DNA of 64,000 nucleotides. It comes from the human T2T-CHM13v2.0 reference genome, Homo sapiens. Every line of letters begins with the position of its first letter. The stretch's first letter is position 1. The stretch lies in the NCBI RefSeq assembly GCF_009914755.1, contig NC_060939.1; one strand, given 5' to 3'. Positions 1 to 14,882 of this stretch are shown here, one piece after another. The notes under the pieces are model-generated. The model made no database searches. It saw only the letters and a list, made by a program, of their open reading frames with translations, and was not told the DNA's origin. The position numbers and the translations under genes are program-made.

Positions 1-589
1 GATTTTTCTTGAGGCAGAGGTGAGTGGGGAGGGCTCAGTGGGAGGCCCATCTCTGTCTCTCATTGGCCCCCTTCTGCATGACAAACCTCAGGACATCAAT
101 CACTTCTTTGAAAAGACTTCAGGACCACATTTGGGGAAATTAGGTTTAGAACAGCAGAGGCCTTGCTGAAAGGTGGTTCACCAAAGACAGAATTTTTAAG
201 CACTAGATGTCATTAAAATCTTAATTGGCTCACTCAAAATTAAGGCAATGAAAAATTAAAGTTGATTTCCACTTGGCTCCTGCTGAGATTCTAGGGTGCC
301 AGTGACCAGGGTTGAGCCTTATTCTTTACTGACGGGCAGGAGCCAGCAGGGCAGGGGAAGCCAGGCTGGAGATACTGCAGAGGAAGCAATGTCCCTGGCT
401 CTTGGCTGCTTAGAAACTTTCTGGTTATGAACACAGGCTGTGCAGCAACCTGGTGTTAATTATTTATCTGAGAACCTATACTGCCAGAAATGACTATATT
501 TCTTTCTCTTTGCTGCTCATCACCTTGGGACTGGCTAGTAGGTTCACTTCTGAAATGCTTATTAAGCACTTCCTGTATTCATGGCCTGC

Positions 590-790
590 TTTTACTGAGC
601 ACTTACTATGTGCCAGGCACTGTTAGCACTTTATAGGTAGTAACTCATTTAAGCTTCAAAACAACCCTGTAGTTGCAAGGATAATTATCTGTATTTTATG
701 GATGGAGAGTTCAGGCCCTGAGAGGTTAAATGACTTGCCCAAGGTCATAAACCCCAGCAGTCTTGCTCCAGAGCTGGGTTCTTAACTACC
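590..790 (-). mobile_element. MIR fragment
   Basis: MIR core 'actgagcacttactatgtgccaggcactg ... gagaggttaaatgacttgcccaaggtca'. Confidence 0.75.
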
Positions 791-804
791 GTGTTATCCA
801 TATC

Positions 805-1520
805 TCAGTGTGTGGCAGGCAGTGGATACAATGGTGAATAAGGCAGATGCCTCCATATAGCTGATGGCCACATTAGGGAGGCAGATAATAAACAGTTACC
901 ACAGTTGTCATTGAACTCTGATTTAAGTACCACAATAGGAAAAGTGTAGGGTAGAAGAATTAATAAAGGGAGTGCTTTTGTCTTGGTCAGGTTGGGGTGG
1001 GTATTGTAGCAGGGGAAGTGCCTTCCCAGAGGAAGAAAGCTTTACATTGAAATCTGGTAGACAAGGAGTTATCAGGTGAAAAGGGGAAGGAATGATCCAG
1101 GCAGAGGGAATGGCATGTGCAAAGGCCTGGAGTCAGGAAGGTGGTTGGCTTCCTGAAGAAGTAGACTGCAGCCCTGGTGGCTGGAATGTAGTGAGCCACA
1201 AAGTGAACAGAGTGAGGTGGAGTCAGGCAGAGCCAGATCCCGTGGGCCCTGGGCCATGGTAAGGATTTAAAATTTTATGTAAGAGTCGTGGGAAGCCACT
1301 GAGGCATTCTGAACAGGGACTGAAATGGCAGATCTGGGTTTGAAAAGTTGACTCTGGCCACCAGGTGCAGAATGAATGCAGCTGGGCAAGAGCGGAGGCC
1401 AAGGCAGTGCCAGATGCGGGATGGTACCCAGCAGACCGTGTGGTGGCAGTGGGATGGAGAGAAGTAGATGGATTCACCTTGTATTTAGGAGGCAGGCTGA
1501 CAGGATAGATATAAGGACCA
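805..1520 (-). mobile_element. L2 LINE fragment
   Basis: Typical L2 text 'ccaggcagagggaatggcatgtgcaaaggcctgg ... gggaagccactgagg'. Confidence 0.65.
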
Positions 1521-1750
1521 GGATTCTGAGACTGGACTAAGGAGAAAGGCCCTTGTCCCCTTCTCCATCATATTCTCTAGATTGAGCACTTACACCAACC
1601 ATATGTCAGCTTTTGACCTACTGGAGTGACTCCAGTGCCTTGGACAGAGCTTATACCTAATAGATGTTCAATAAATATTTACTTGAATTAAATGGAATGG
1701 AGAACTGGAACCCAGAGCAGATAAAGGGAAAGATGCATACTCAGGGATCA

Positions 1751-2059
<309 letters not shown>

Positions 2060-2187
2060 CTACTGGATCTTGATGACAAAACTGAGCCAGAACCCCACAG
2101 AGATGCAGGGAGACTGGGGCTGGGGCACAATGGGGACACGTTTTGTAAGTGGGGATAACACAGCCATGAAGACACTCTGAAGAATTA

Positions 2188-2260
2188 TTTGGCTGCATTA
2201 ACAGGAGTATGAGGTTGAGAAGGAGGTGATACTCCTGCTCTACTTCTCAGTGGTCAAGCT
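2188..2260 (+). mobile_element. CR1/L3 fragment
   Basis: 'ggctgcattaacaggagtat...ggaggtgatactcctgctctac...tggtca' resembles L3 ORF2 as recalled. Confidence 0.5.
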
Positions 2261-3005
2261 CAAAGGCCTGTAATGATCATTAACTAAAACTGTAAATGAA
2301 AGTGCACTTTGCAGATTGTAACACATTGATCATCTGTGAGGAATGACTATGATTTATTCTTTGTTGCCGGGGAAGAAGGTAGTCACCAATTCTTATATGC
2401 TCATTAGGTATCAAGAGCCTCATATACTTAATTTTTCTTAATCCTCACAGCAATTCCATGATATGATTCCATTGTATTCCCACTTTAAAGATGAGAAACA
2501 AGGTTAGAGAGGTGAAGTAACATGCTCAAGGTAACAAAGGATGTGACAAAGCCAAGATTTGAACCCAGGATTGCAGGACTCCAAATTGCTCATTAAGGAC
2601 TGCATTGCTCATCCAGCAATATCATATCAGTGGGTTTAACTTATTTGTATCTCAGACCTATAAGATGAAGTGATTAAGTCTGGGTGGTTATTATTGAACA
2701 GTGCTTGCTTTAGTCACCACACACTCTGATCATAAAAGTACAGACTGTTGGAACCAGAAGGAAGCTTAGACATTATCTACCAACGAATGGCAACTCTCAT
2801 GGATTAGTAAGGGCTGTCTTGTAGCACTGGGTTGTGAAGGAATCTGAAGCTGCATTTGAGCTCAAGTGCCAGAGTCAATAATGTTTACCAAGAGCAGCAC
2901 GGGAAAAGTGATGCCATGTCACCACATCTGCCAAGTATTTGCCATTTTATAGACGAGGGGGATGAGGGCCAAAGTAGTAAAATAGCCACAGAGAGGTTAG
3001 GACTA

Positions 3006-3329
<324 letters not shown>

Positions 3330-4073
3330 TCACTTCTCCATCCAGGCCCAGTGTGTCTTTTTTGCCCACTCCCCCCAGCTCTGCACACAGCATTCCACCC
3401 AAACCACTGCTTTCCTGAGGGCTGGGTTAGAACACACATTCCACACAGAGTTCAGAAATACAACAGAGCTGTTAGGAGAGCTGGGGCTAGAACCCAGGTC
3501 TCCTGCCTCCGGGTGCTCATTGTTTGTGCTGCAGGCAGATGATCCTACCTGGAACAGGCACCAGCTCAGGTGGGGAGTGCTGTTTCTGCCCAGGGTGGAG
3601 TCTGGCAGCTTATCTCAGGACCCTCTGTTTGAGGGACGTCTGATTCTCCATTCTTAGGCTGGTCACTGGCCTCTTTGCCTACCACACCATTTCTCCCCTT
3701 CCCTGTTCATGGTGGGGGCTGACCCCTGCAGGCTGCACATCCCAGGCTCCCCCTCAGCTGGCTCCCAGCCAGGCTGCCTGCAGGAGACCGGCCCACAGAC
3801 TGGAGAGCGGGAGCAGGAGAGACAGGTGTGTCCTCTCCCTCTTTCTCTGCCTGGGGCCTCAGGTGGTGGCGCAGCCCCTCTCTCCACGTCCCACCTCTTA
3901 CCAGGTGGCCCTCACTCCCAGGCTCTGGGAACGCTTTCTTTTGTCCCTCCAACCCTAAGAGTGATAGCAGCTTCTCCCACAGGTGTTAACGTGTCTCGGT
4001 TGCACACTTTCCCTGTGTGCTGTTTAGCTCTTCAAACAACATTGCAATGAATCCCCTCATTACATTCCTGCTA

Positions 4074-4394
<321 letters not shown>

Positions 4395-4420
4395 TCAAAG
4401 GTTGCTCCATGTTGGATGGC

Positions 4421-5003
4421 TGTGGTAGGCAGGATAATGACCCCTGCTGCCCCCAACATGTCCATGTCCTAATCCCTGGGATCTGTGAATATGTTACCTT
4501 ACATGGCAAAAAGGGACTTTGCAGGTGCGATTACGGACCTGGAGATGGAGAGAATGTCAGGCGTTCAGGGGTTATCCAGGTGGGCTCAATATAATCATGA
4601 GTCCTTAAGAGTAAAAGATGACCAAAGAAGGTAGGTCAGAGAGATACACCATGAGGAGCCCTCCACCCGCTTGTGCTGACTTTGAAGATGGAGGAAGGGG
4701 CCACGAGCTGAGGAATGCAGTGGCCTCTAGAATCTGGGATCAACAGCTCTTTTACAGCTACCAAGAAAATGAGGGCCTCAGTCCTGCAATCAGAGGAACT
4801 GAATTCTGTCCACACTGTGAGCGAGCAGGAAATAGACCCTCTCCTAAAGCTTCCAGGAAGGAACATGGCCTGCTGGCACCTTGGCTTCAGCCTCGTGAAA
4901 CCCATGCCAGACTTCTGACCTTCAGGACTGTCAGATAATAAATTTGTGCTGTTTGAAGCCACTAAATTGTGATTTTTTACAGCAGCAATGGAAAACTAAT
5001 ATA
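4421..5003 (+). mobile_element. MaLR solo LTR (MLT1D/E-like)
   Basis: Starts 'tgtggtaggcaggataatg', contains 'gaatatgttaccttacatggcaaaaagggactttgcag', ends 'aataaatttgtgctgtttgaagccact...agcagcaatggaaaactaata'. Confidence 0.85.
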
Positions 5004-5424
5004 ATCCTTCTCAGTTATTGGAGGGGTCAGGCCTCCAGACCACAATACCAGGGACCTTGACTCCAAAGTCTGTATTAGGTCGAAGAAGCACCAAGTCTAA
5101 CCCATTGTCTCCCAATCTTATTTCTCACCCATAACCCCATGACACGAGTAGTAATATCCTATCCGCATTTGCCTGAGCCTCAGAGAAGTTAAATGTAAAT
5201 GATAGCTAATGCATATTGAGTCCTTTCTCAATATCATGTGCCATACACACTATCTCATTTAATTGTCACAGCACTCATAGGAGATAGAAGCTACTGCCTC
5301 AGCATTATTCTCACCTAACAGATAACTGCATGGAGAAGTTACTTAACTCTGCCAAGGTCACAGAACTAAACCCAGTTGCTCCTTGCTGGAACCCAGGCTG
5401 GCTGCTTAACCATTACATTACCGG

Positions 5425-5835
5425 GGATCCTAAACTGGCTACCCTGGAAAACATTCTGAGATAGAGATTAGTGAGCTCTTGAGAATAATCCCGATGAGAA
5501 TAATCCCGATAAGGGATAAGGGAGGCGGTCGAGGCTGAGGAAAAGTTGAACCAAGGCACAGTTACAGTAACTTCTGCTGATCTGGCAGGAAGCTCTGAAG
5601 CTGAGATGACCCCTGGAGTTGTCCCACATGGGGGTAAAGGGAGGGAGATCCTTTATGCCTCCATCAATCACTGGCCATCCACTGGGATGGGGGAAGGGGC
5701 CATGACTCCTCAGGTGAGTTGGCTAACTTGGAGGGCGATGTCTATAGAGGGCCTCACCTGCGAGCCACTAAATTTCTGGCAGCTGGGGAAGAATGAGTGC
5801 TTCTGTCCTGAGGGGTGAATCTGGGCGTCCACTCT
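5425..5835 (-). mobile_element. ERVL-type solo LTR (LTR33/LTR16-like)
   Basis: 'ctgagatagagattag...gctctgaagctgagatgacccctggagttgtccc...gcagctggggaagaatgagtgcttctgtcctgagggg' resembles the reverse complement of the recalled consensus. Confidence 0.55.
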
Positions 5836-7661
5836 ACCGGTAAGTGGGTATGCTGTTAGCTCCACTAAACAATTTGGACGAGGGGCAAGTTACAGGGTAG
5901 GAGACCAGGAATGGAGGCTTCAGAGGCCTTGAGGGGTGGGAGCATTTAATCAGAGAAGAGTGGGGTAAAGGGGATCCAGGTAGGAAGAGGGTTGTGGACA
6001 AGAGTGCAGAGGAGTATGAGCTGGGAATGTGCTAGGGGTGGCTGAAGGGAGGAGTGAAGGAGATAGGTAAAAGTGGGGCTGGGAGTCTAGAATGCCAGGG
6101 GAGGGAGTTCAGGCTTTCTTCCCTGAGTCCCCCAGGACATGCTTCCCCACTTAGGAACCTACTGTGGGGCTGTCTATGCCGGAGCAAGTGGTCACTGGAT
6201 GTTGAATTCCCACCTCCAGCCCCTAGGGAGTGTCTCCAGCCAGCGTCTCAGGCCTTACACCTAAGCTTTCCGTGGGAATCCTGATAATAAATTTGTCTGG
6301 GCTGGGAGACCAGAGCTTGTCTGGGCCCCACTAGCTGTGTGACACCAGATATGTACTGCCCGTCTCTGAGTCTCAGTTCCCGCATCTCTGAAATGACAGG
6401 CTTGGCATAAAGGAGCTCCCTTCTCAACTCTAAGGGTCCAGGCATCTGGCTTCACTCCTATGTGGGCCACAGAGAGAACCGAGGGTGTGGGTCTTTGCCA
6501 CGGAGAGGCTTCTCTCCAGCCCTTTTCTGCTTCTGTCTCGCCCTTGGGGGCAGGGAGTGTGGAGTCCTTCCCCGAAGGCCCCACGGTTCCTGCTCTTTCC
6601 CCCACCAGTCCCCAGCAGGCCTGACCAGTTGGAGTCTGTCAGCTTTCCCATTACCCAGAAAACTCCAATTTCTCCAAGATGATAAATAGCACATAAGAAT
6701 CTGACCTCTGAGGGCCTTGGACTGGGTGCAGACTGCAGGCACAGCGTATGCCTTTCTCTTCATGAATCTGCTATCAGAAGGGGTTTCTCTCCCAGTGTCC
6801 TCATTAGTGTCCCAAACCCTGATCTCCCTGCAAGGCCTCAGGTTGCCTGTGAGCCCTGTTGCAGGTCTGTTGATGGGGCTCAGAGAGGCCTCCTGCCCTG
6901 GCCGTGATCCATGGGACAGGATGCAAGAAGCCAAGCTCGACACATCTGCTCCCCACAATGCCGTGTCAGTTTCCTCCCAGAGAAGCCTATGCCTGGTCTT
7001 TGCGACAGTCCTGGGAGGCCACTGGGCTGAGATGGCTTTCTGCTTCCCAGAGAAGAAAAGGGAGACTCAGAGAGGGGCAGTGGCTTATCCAGGACCCCTG
7101 GTGTGTTAGTGCCAAGGTTAAGGAGAAAGAACCAGATCTTCCATCCTGAAAGGCAGCAGGGGTGAGGGATCAGAGGGTGGACTCTGGTACCATCCTGCTT
7201 CCACAGCTTATTCACCATGTGACCATAGGCAATTTACGACATCCCCTGAGCCTCAGTTCCCACATCTGTTAAATGGGAATTAAAATGTCCTCTTCTCATA
7301 GGATTAAGAGGATTAAATTAGTTATTGTTTGTGTAGCAGTTAGAATAGTGCCTGATGGGTAGAAAGCACTATACAAGCTATTAGTGCAAAGATATAGCAT
7401 CTCTTAGGGAAAGAATACCTTGTTTACCTTTTTATCACCTTCTCTGGGCTGGCTCCCTGTTCCCCCTCACAGCTGACACAGGCTGGAACTTTTATCACCA
7501 CACACTACAGGTATGGTCTTGGAGGACGGAATGACCACTCCCTGAGGGCCACTGTTCCAAACACTTTGCATTTGTCAGTTCCTCTGATATTGTGAAATAT
7601 AAGGTCTTCATCCAGTTTCCTGCCAAGCAACTCCTGGAATCCTTAGAATCTCCAAAGTGAG

Positions 7662-7974
<313 letters not shown>

Positions 7975-8462
7975 AAAAGTGAGGTCGTTTTGTATGCTAA
8001 TGACTGATGGCTGCTTCAGGATGGGGGCTGGTCACCAGAAAGACCAAGGCAGGATTAGAAAGTTGGGACTTACAGCCCCACCCGCTGAAGGGGGAAGGTA
8101 TAAGGAAGAGGGGCTGAAGTTTAAGTTGATCACCAAAGGCCAGCAATGTAATCAATGATTCCCATGTAACGAAGTCTCCATAAAAACCCCAAAGGACAGG
8201 GTTTGGAAAGCTTCTGGAGATAGCTGAACATATGGAGGTTCCGGGAAGATTGTGCACCTGGAGAGGGCATGGAAGCTCCATACCCCTTCCCACATGTCTT
8301 GCACTCTGCATCTTTTCATCCATATCCTTTGTAATATCCTTTATAATAAACTGGTAAATGTGTTTCCCTGAATTCTGTGAACCTCTCTAGCAAGTTAATT
8401 GAACCCAGGGAGGGAGTTGCAGGAACCCCGATTTATAGCCCATCAATTAGAAGCACAGCCAA

Positions 8463-8895
<433 letters not shown>

Positions 8896-11800
8896 TCAGA
8901 ATTGAATTGGAGGGCACCCAGCTGATGTCTGCTGCAGAATTGATTGATTGCTTGCTGCTGGGGAGAAATCCCCACACATCTGATCACAGAAGTCTTCTGT
9001 GTTGATTGTTGTTGAGTGGGAGAAGAGAAGAAACTCTTTGTGTTTTTTTTCCAGTCAGCTCCTAATAGCAAAAAGTCCAAATGGGGAATCAGAGAGTTTC
9101 TAAAGTGCACAGCTCTGCCCTGAAGGAGTGTAACCTTGGCACAGCTAACTTTGAGCACTCTGCTCTTCCACCTCACTGTCCCGGCCCCCTGGCCTCAGTA
9201 CCAATGCATACCAGGTTCTAACACCTCAACAAGCACAAGTATTACACTAACTGTTAAAGTTTTTTGTCAAATTCCCTAACTTCTAGCCTCTGATCTGAGG
9301 GTGAGGCCTGGTGTATAATTGACTGGCCAGTCTCCGGTGATTGATGTTCATAGCAAGCCAATCACGAGCCTATCTCAGATTAGACTATCAGCTCTGCCCA
9401 CCCCGGCATATCCCCTGGCCCAAGGTGTAGTGATACCTTTTTGATTTGGGGGACCACTAACAAACAAGCCTTAATCATGATGGTCTGTGTGGGACCCAAG
9501 TCTACATGGGTCGGCATTGATGTCCACACGTGCTCAGGCAGTCAGTGTATACATCTGTGTGTTTCTGTGGGTGTTTGCCTTGGGTATGTCTGTGTACATT
9601 TTCTCCTGGGTGTCTTCCCTGACACTCCTCTCCAGCCCACCAGCCCTGCCCTGGTGGGAATTGGGTGCATACATAGCAACCTTCATCCTAGCACTGGATG
9701 GTTGTGGTTGGCTCAGTGCCTTCCTCCACCTTAGGCCTGTGAGCTCCGTGGGGATGGATCTGATTGCATTCATGTCTAGATTCTCAGAGCTTGGGCCCCT
9801 GCTGGTACATAATGGATCCTTGATAAATGTTTAATTGAAATGAGATGTTTGTGTGTACATGCTGGCTTCTACTGTGGACAGGAGCAGAAGGACTTGGCAC
9901 TTTCCATATGCTTTCTCTTGTATGCCAGGCAATTCAGCAAATGTTTGCTGAGTAAGGGCCAACTCTGAGCTAGCCATGTTGCAGGCTCCAAGGGCACAGA
10001 AGAGACTGGGACCCAGTCTCTGGCCTTGGGCAACTCCCAGGCAGTACCCACACAGGTATACTCATGCCTACATCCAGGTATGTTTCTTTGTCCACTTATT
10101 TACTCTCTGCCTCTCCCAGAGAGACTAGAAGCTTCATGAGAAGAGGGGCCTTACCTGTCTGGGTTCCCCAGTACCTGGCACAGAGTATGGGAATTTTGTA
10201 AATAATGTGTGAGTGAGGGGCCCTGGTAGGCTGGGTTCTGTGGTTCTCATCACACACAGGCAACAGAATATTGTCTAGTCTAAGGATGGGCCCCATGCTA
10301 ACACACTTGACTCTGAGCCTCCATGGGGCTCTTGTGAGAAAGGAAAGCCAGGAGATCCTGGTCTATGCTTCCATGCCTCACCCCATCACCCCCTGCCCAA
10401 CTCTGCCTACCAGAGAGTGAGAAGCACAGGCAAAAATTACCCAGTTGGCCTCTAGAGTATCCACTCTGGGAGACAAGACCTTCTGAGCTGAACAGACATT
10501 AGAGATGATCAAATCCACTATGAGCCAAAGTGGGCCCGCAAGGCAGAGCTGGGACTTGCAGGCCACTGCTCCCAGGGAACTGGCTGCAAGGGTTGTGCTG
10601 TCTACACCTGCCTCCTCCTGCCTAGAGCCTGACCCAAACCAGCCCTCAGTTCATGTCAGTTGATCTTGTCACACACTGGAGAAAAGGCCAGGATGAGAGC
10701 CAGGGTTGTGAGCTGGGGAGTTTGCATTTGGCATGTCATGTGCTTTGCTTAGCCTAGCAACTCTGCCTACTCCCTCAGCCAGGCCTGTCCCCTAAGGTCC
10801 TTTATTGAGGTTGTTCCCCTAAAATCACCATCCGGAATTCCTGCTAGAAGTAGTCTATCTTCTCTTCCGATAGATTCATGTTAATGCAAGATAATGTACA
10901 GGCCTTGGTTTCTTTATCAATCATCTGAGGCTATTGAAACCAGTCTCCCCAACTTCTCACCACTAAGGACCCTTGTTAGTATTCTCCGCCTACAAAGCCC
11001 TCTCCATTTGAAAGACACTGCAGTCACTCTGGGCTGGTGTCCAAGGCCAGTCATATATTGGACAAATACAATTTGGCCAGTGGCCACATGCCATGTGACT
11101 CTAGTGGCAGCCTCTTGTCCACCAGTCATGATCTAGATATTCCTATGATGTCACCTATGACCAATCAGAGCTTCTGATCAGCACACACTAACCAGGGATA
11201 TCACATAGAGTTAATTTAATTCTAATTAAAAGCAAAAGAAAAACCTTGGTGTTTCAGTTAACTTCATCACAGGTAATACAGGATTTCCTGTAGGTTTTGT
11301 GAAATGTACCAAACTGCTCTTGGCAACCTGCTGCAGCCTTTGCAAGTGTCCAGCTGGGAACCACTGGCTATGTGATCTCTAAGGGCCCTTTAGCTCTGAC
11401 TCTGAGCATCTTCTTGCCTGGACTGGGGGTCTTAACCCAAAGGTGTGAGGAATGGTAGGAAGGAGGGCCAAAGACGGGGAGCCCTCTTGGGCTTCTAAGA
11501 ATCCCACCAGCTGTGGTCCACCTGCTCTGCTAATGCATGGCCTCGGCCTGGTCACACACCTGTCCTAATGGTGGGTAGATAGCCCATGATGCTAGAGCTG
11601 AAAGGGACACTGGGAATCACCTGGTCCAGCTGCCTTGTTTTATAGGTGAGTAAACTGAGGCCAAAAAAGGGAAAGTGACTTGCCCAAGATCACACAGCCA
11701 ATGCAAGGTGAACATTCATTTGGAACTCAGATCTCCTAGCTCCCATTTGGGTCACAGGATGCTAACAGCCTAAATGTGGGAATTCTGGGTTGGCCTGTGC

Positions 11801-12888
11801 CATCCCTGTTGATATGGAAAGTGCACTTGCCACCTAAGCACAGAGCAAGACATCCAGAGGACATGGCCCTGATCTTGAGGGAGTACCACCCACCAAGGCC
11901 TAGATGCTCTGACCCTTTCTTAGCACCTGGAAGTTGATGCTTGGGTGTCTTTCTATCTTCATCTATCCCCATCTCCCCAGTCCACACCACCTACAGGGCA
12001 GGTCCCCATGCTTCTGCTGGGGATGCCTGCCAGTCCTGTTCAGCATCTTTTTTCTGTGAATGCAGAATGAATGTGAACCCTTCCTCCCATCCAAAGGCCT
12101 GTTAATTATAGATGCAGTACTGGCTATTAACATCTTGAGCTTGATTTGAAAGCACTACTAACAAACCCTCGACGCTGGTCCCACTAAAGATGCAAATCGC
12201 TCCTCTACCTTCCACCTGCCTCCATGCATAACATGATGGCACAGGCCCAGACCCCGGTGGGTAATGAGTTGTATGTTCTATTAAATTTGTTTCAAATATT
12301 GTTTATTGAATTTTCTCCCCTGCAATATGCTGCTTTGTAGTTTGGCCCTGTTTGGGAAAATTAATCAACAGCTGAGCTTCTCATGTTGATCATCTGTTTT
12401 CCTTGCAATGGACAGGAGGTTAATGAGTATTTTTTGGACTAATTGGAGGAGGATGGAAAGTGGTTGACCCTCCCTCACACAAAAGAGGGAGGCAATTGTG
12501 TGAGTCTGTCTTCTAGTCCCCTTAAATATGCTCTGTGGGTAGGAGGCAGTGTAAATGGAGTGGAACTGAGTTCTCTAGATACAGGCCAAGGTGGCATGAG
12601 CCTGCCAGCCTGTGGGAGCTCAGCAGAGATCACTCTGGGACCAGCAACCAAGGAAGTTGGCCTGGCTCAGCTATCCTTTTGTTGGAGGAGTAGGTGGGGT
12701 AGGATGACTCAAGGCAAGAATGGGTTCTGGACCTGGGGACAGAGTACATAGGTTCAAGTGAGGCAAAAGCACTAGCCCAAGGTGACTTCCTCATTCATTC
12801 ATTCAATCTGTGTTTCTTGAGCATCTATGACAAGCAAGGCACTGTGATAGGCCCTGGGTCTTGCTAACCATTACACTAGACTAGATGA

Positions 12889-13215
<327 letters not shown>

Positions 13216-14289
13216 CTCTTTAACTCTCCCCCAGCCCTCCCACTTCCAGGGCAAGTTTCCCTGTTACTGCTCCTTTGTGTCACTTACCACAGTTGTAATG
13301 AAATAATCATTTAAAAAATTCAGCTCTCATTTACTTGATTGCAAGTTCCATGAGGATAAGGATTGAGTCATTTGTGTTCAGTACACATGGGTTGAATTAT
13401 TCAGACATTCAGGAAATGTTTCTTAAGTGCCAGTATGTGTCAGACACTGTGCGAGGTCAGGGGATACACAGGGAGTGGAATAGAGCTTGTCAGTAATGTC
13501 TAGTGGCTAGACGGGGTGGGGCATAAAATGAGGCTGTGGCATGAAAGGGGCACAGGCTAGTCCCGCCCTACTTCCATGGGTTCTGCAGGCGGCCTGTAGT
13601 GGCTCTGGTTGCTTCTGTTCATCACCCCAGCCATTCCTGGAGTTCCGGAGCTACTAATGGGGACTGCTTTTGGTGTCCAATGCCGCATCCATGCCAGCAG
13701 CACACAAGAGTTGCATGCTTTACTGTTTACAAAGCCCCTTGCCAAGCAAGTGCCTGCTCCTTGTCAAGCAGAATGCCAGCCCTGGGCTGCTGCACTCTCC
13801 TGCCCACCCTTGTCAGTCACACCCCACTCCCAACTCTAAGCGCTAGGACAGTGGGACTCCCAAGTGGGGAGCCTTATTTGTAATTTCCTAGGGAGAAAGA
13901 GTGACACGTGGCCCACAAGGCAAACAGAATAGCTTGTCCAAATGCCAGCCACAGCAGCCTCTCCAACGCAGAGCAAACCTCGCTGGACCTAATTGGTGCG
14001 TCACTGATAAAGCAGCAACTGACAGCAGGTGCATGTTGGGGAAAAGAAAGTCTGCATAAGGTATGAGGAACAGAGAGCCACAGGGATGAGAAAGAGAGAG
14101 ACTTGGAGGCCACTTGTCATATCCATCCCTGACCCTGCCTTCCTATGCTGAGGGAGAAATGTCCACAGCCTGTGGGGCTGAGTCATTCTGTCTGGCTCCC
14201 ATGCAGGTGGGAGGAGGAGAAAGGTTAGGACTGGAAGCCCCATGTAGTATTCACTCTCACTTATGTCTATCAAAAATGAATAGGCTGCC

Positions 14290-14480
14290 AGTGATCTGAG
14301 GTTACTCTGTGCAGTTGTGTAGGGTGTGCACTGCACAAATCTAGAGGTTTTATTCAAATGACAGTCATTATAGATTTGTGTATATATTACATCAGTTTTC
14401 TGGCAGATGTCAGTAGAATGTCTTGAGAAAGGGGTAACTTATTCTAATTTGCACAAATATGTGATATGGCTCTGACATCT
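14290..14480. mobile_element. MER91A-like hAT DNA transposon fossil
   Basis: 'gtgcagttgtgtagggtgtgcactgcacaa...ggcagatgtcagtagaatgtcttgag...ctaatttgcacaaa'. Confidence 0.6.
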
Positions 14481-14556
14481 CAAGGGGCCTCTTTGGAGGA
14501 GCACAGACACCTTCCAACAGTTCCCAAACAGACACCAAAACATTTCAGAGAGATCT

Positions 14557-14882
14557 GGCTGGGTGCAGTGACTCATGCCTGTAATCCCAGCACTTTGGGA
14601 GGCTGAGGCAGGTGAACTGCTTGAGGTCAGGAGTTTGAGACCAGACTGGCTAACGTGGTGAAAACCTGTTTCTACTAAAAATACAAAAATTAGTTGGGCG
14701 TCGTGGCAGGCATCTGTAATCCCAGCTACTTGGGAGGCTGAGGCACAAGAATAGCCTAAACTTGGGAGGCTGAGGCACGAGAACAGCTTAAACCCGGGAG
14801 GCGGAGATTGCAGTGAACCAAAATTGCTCCACTGCACTCCAGCTTGGGTGACAAAGTGAGACTCCATCTCAAAAAAAAAAAA
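14557..14882 (+). mobile_element. AluS with internal 32-bp tandem duplication (14728-14791)
   Basis: Full dimer; 'acttgggaggctgaggcac(a/g)agaa(t/c)agc(c/t)taa' occurs twice. Confidence 0.9.
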
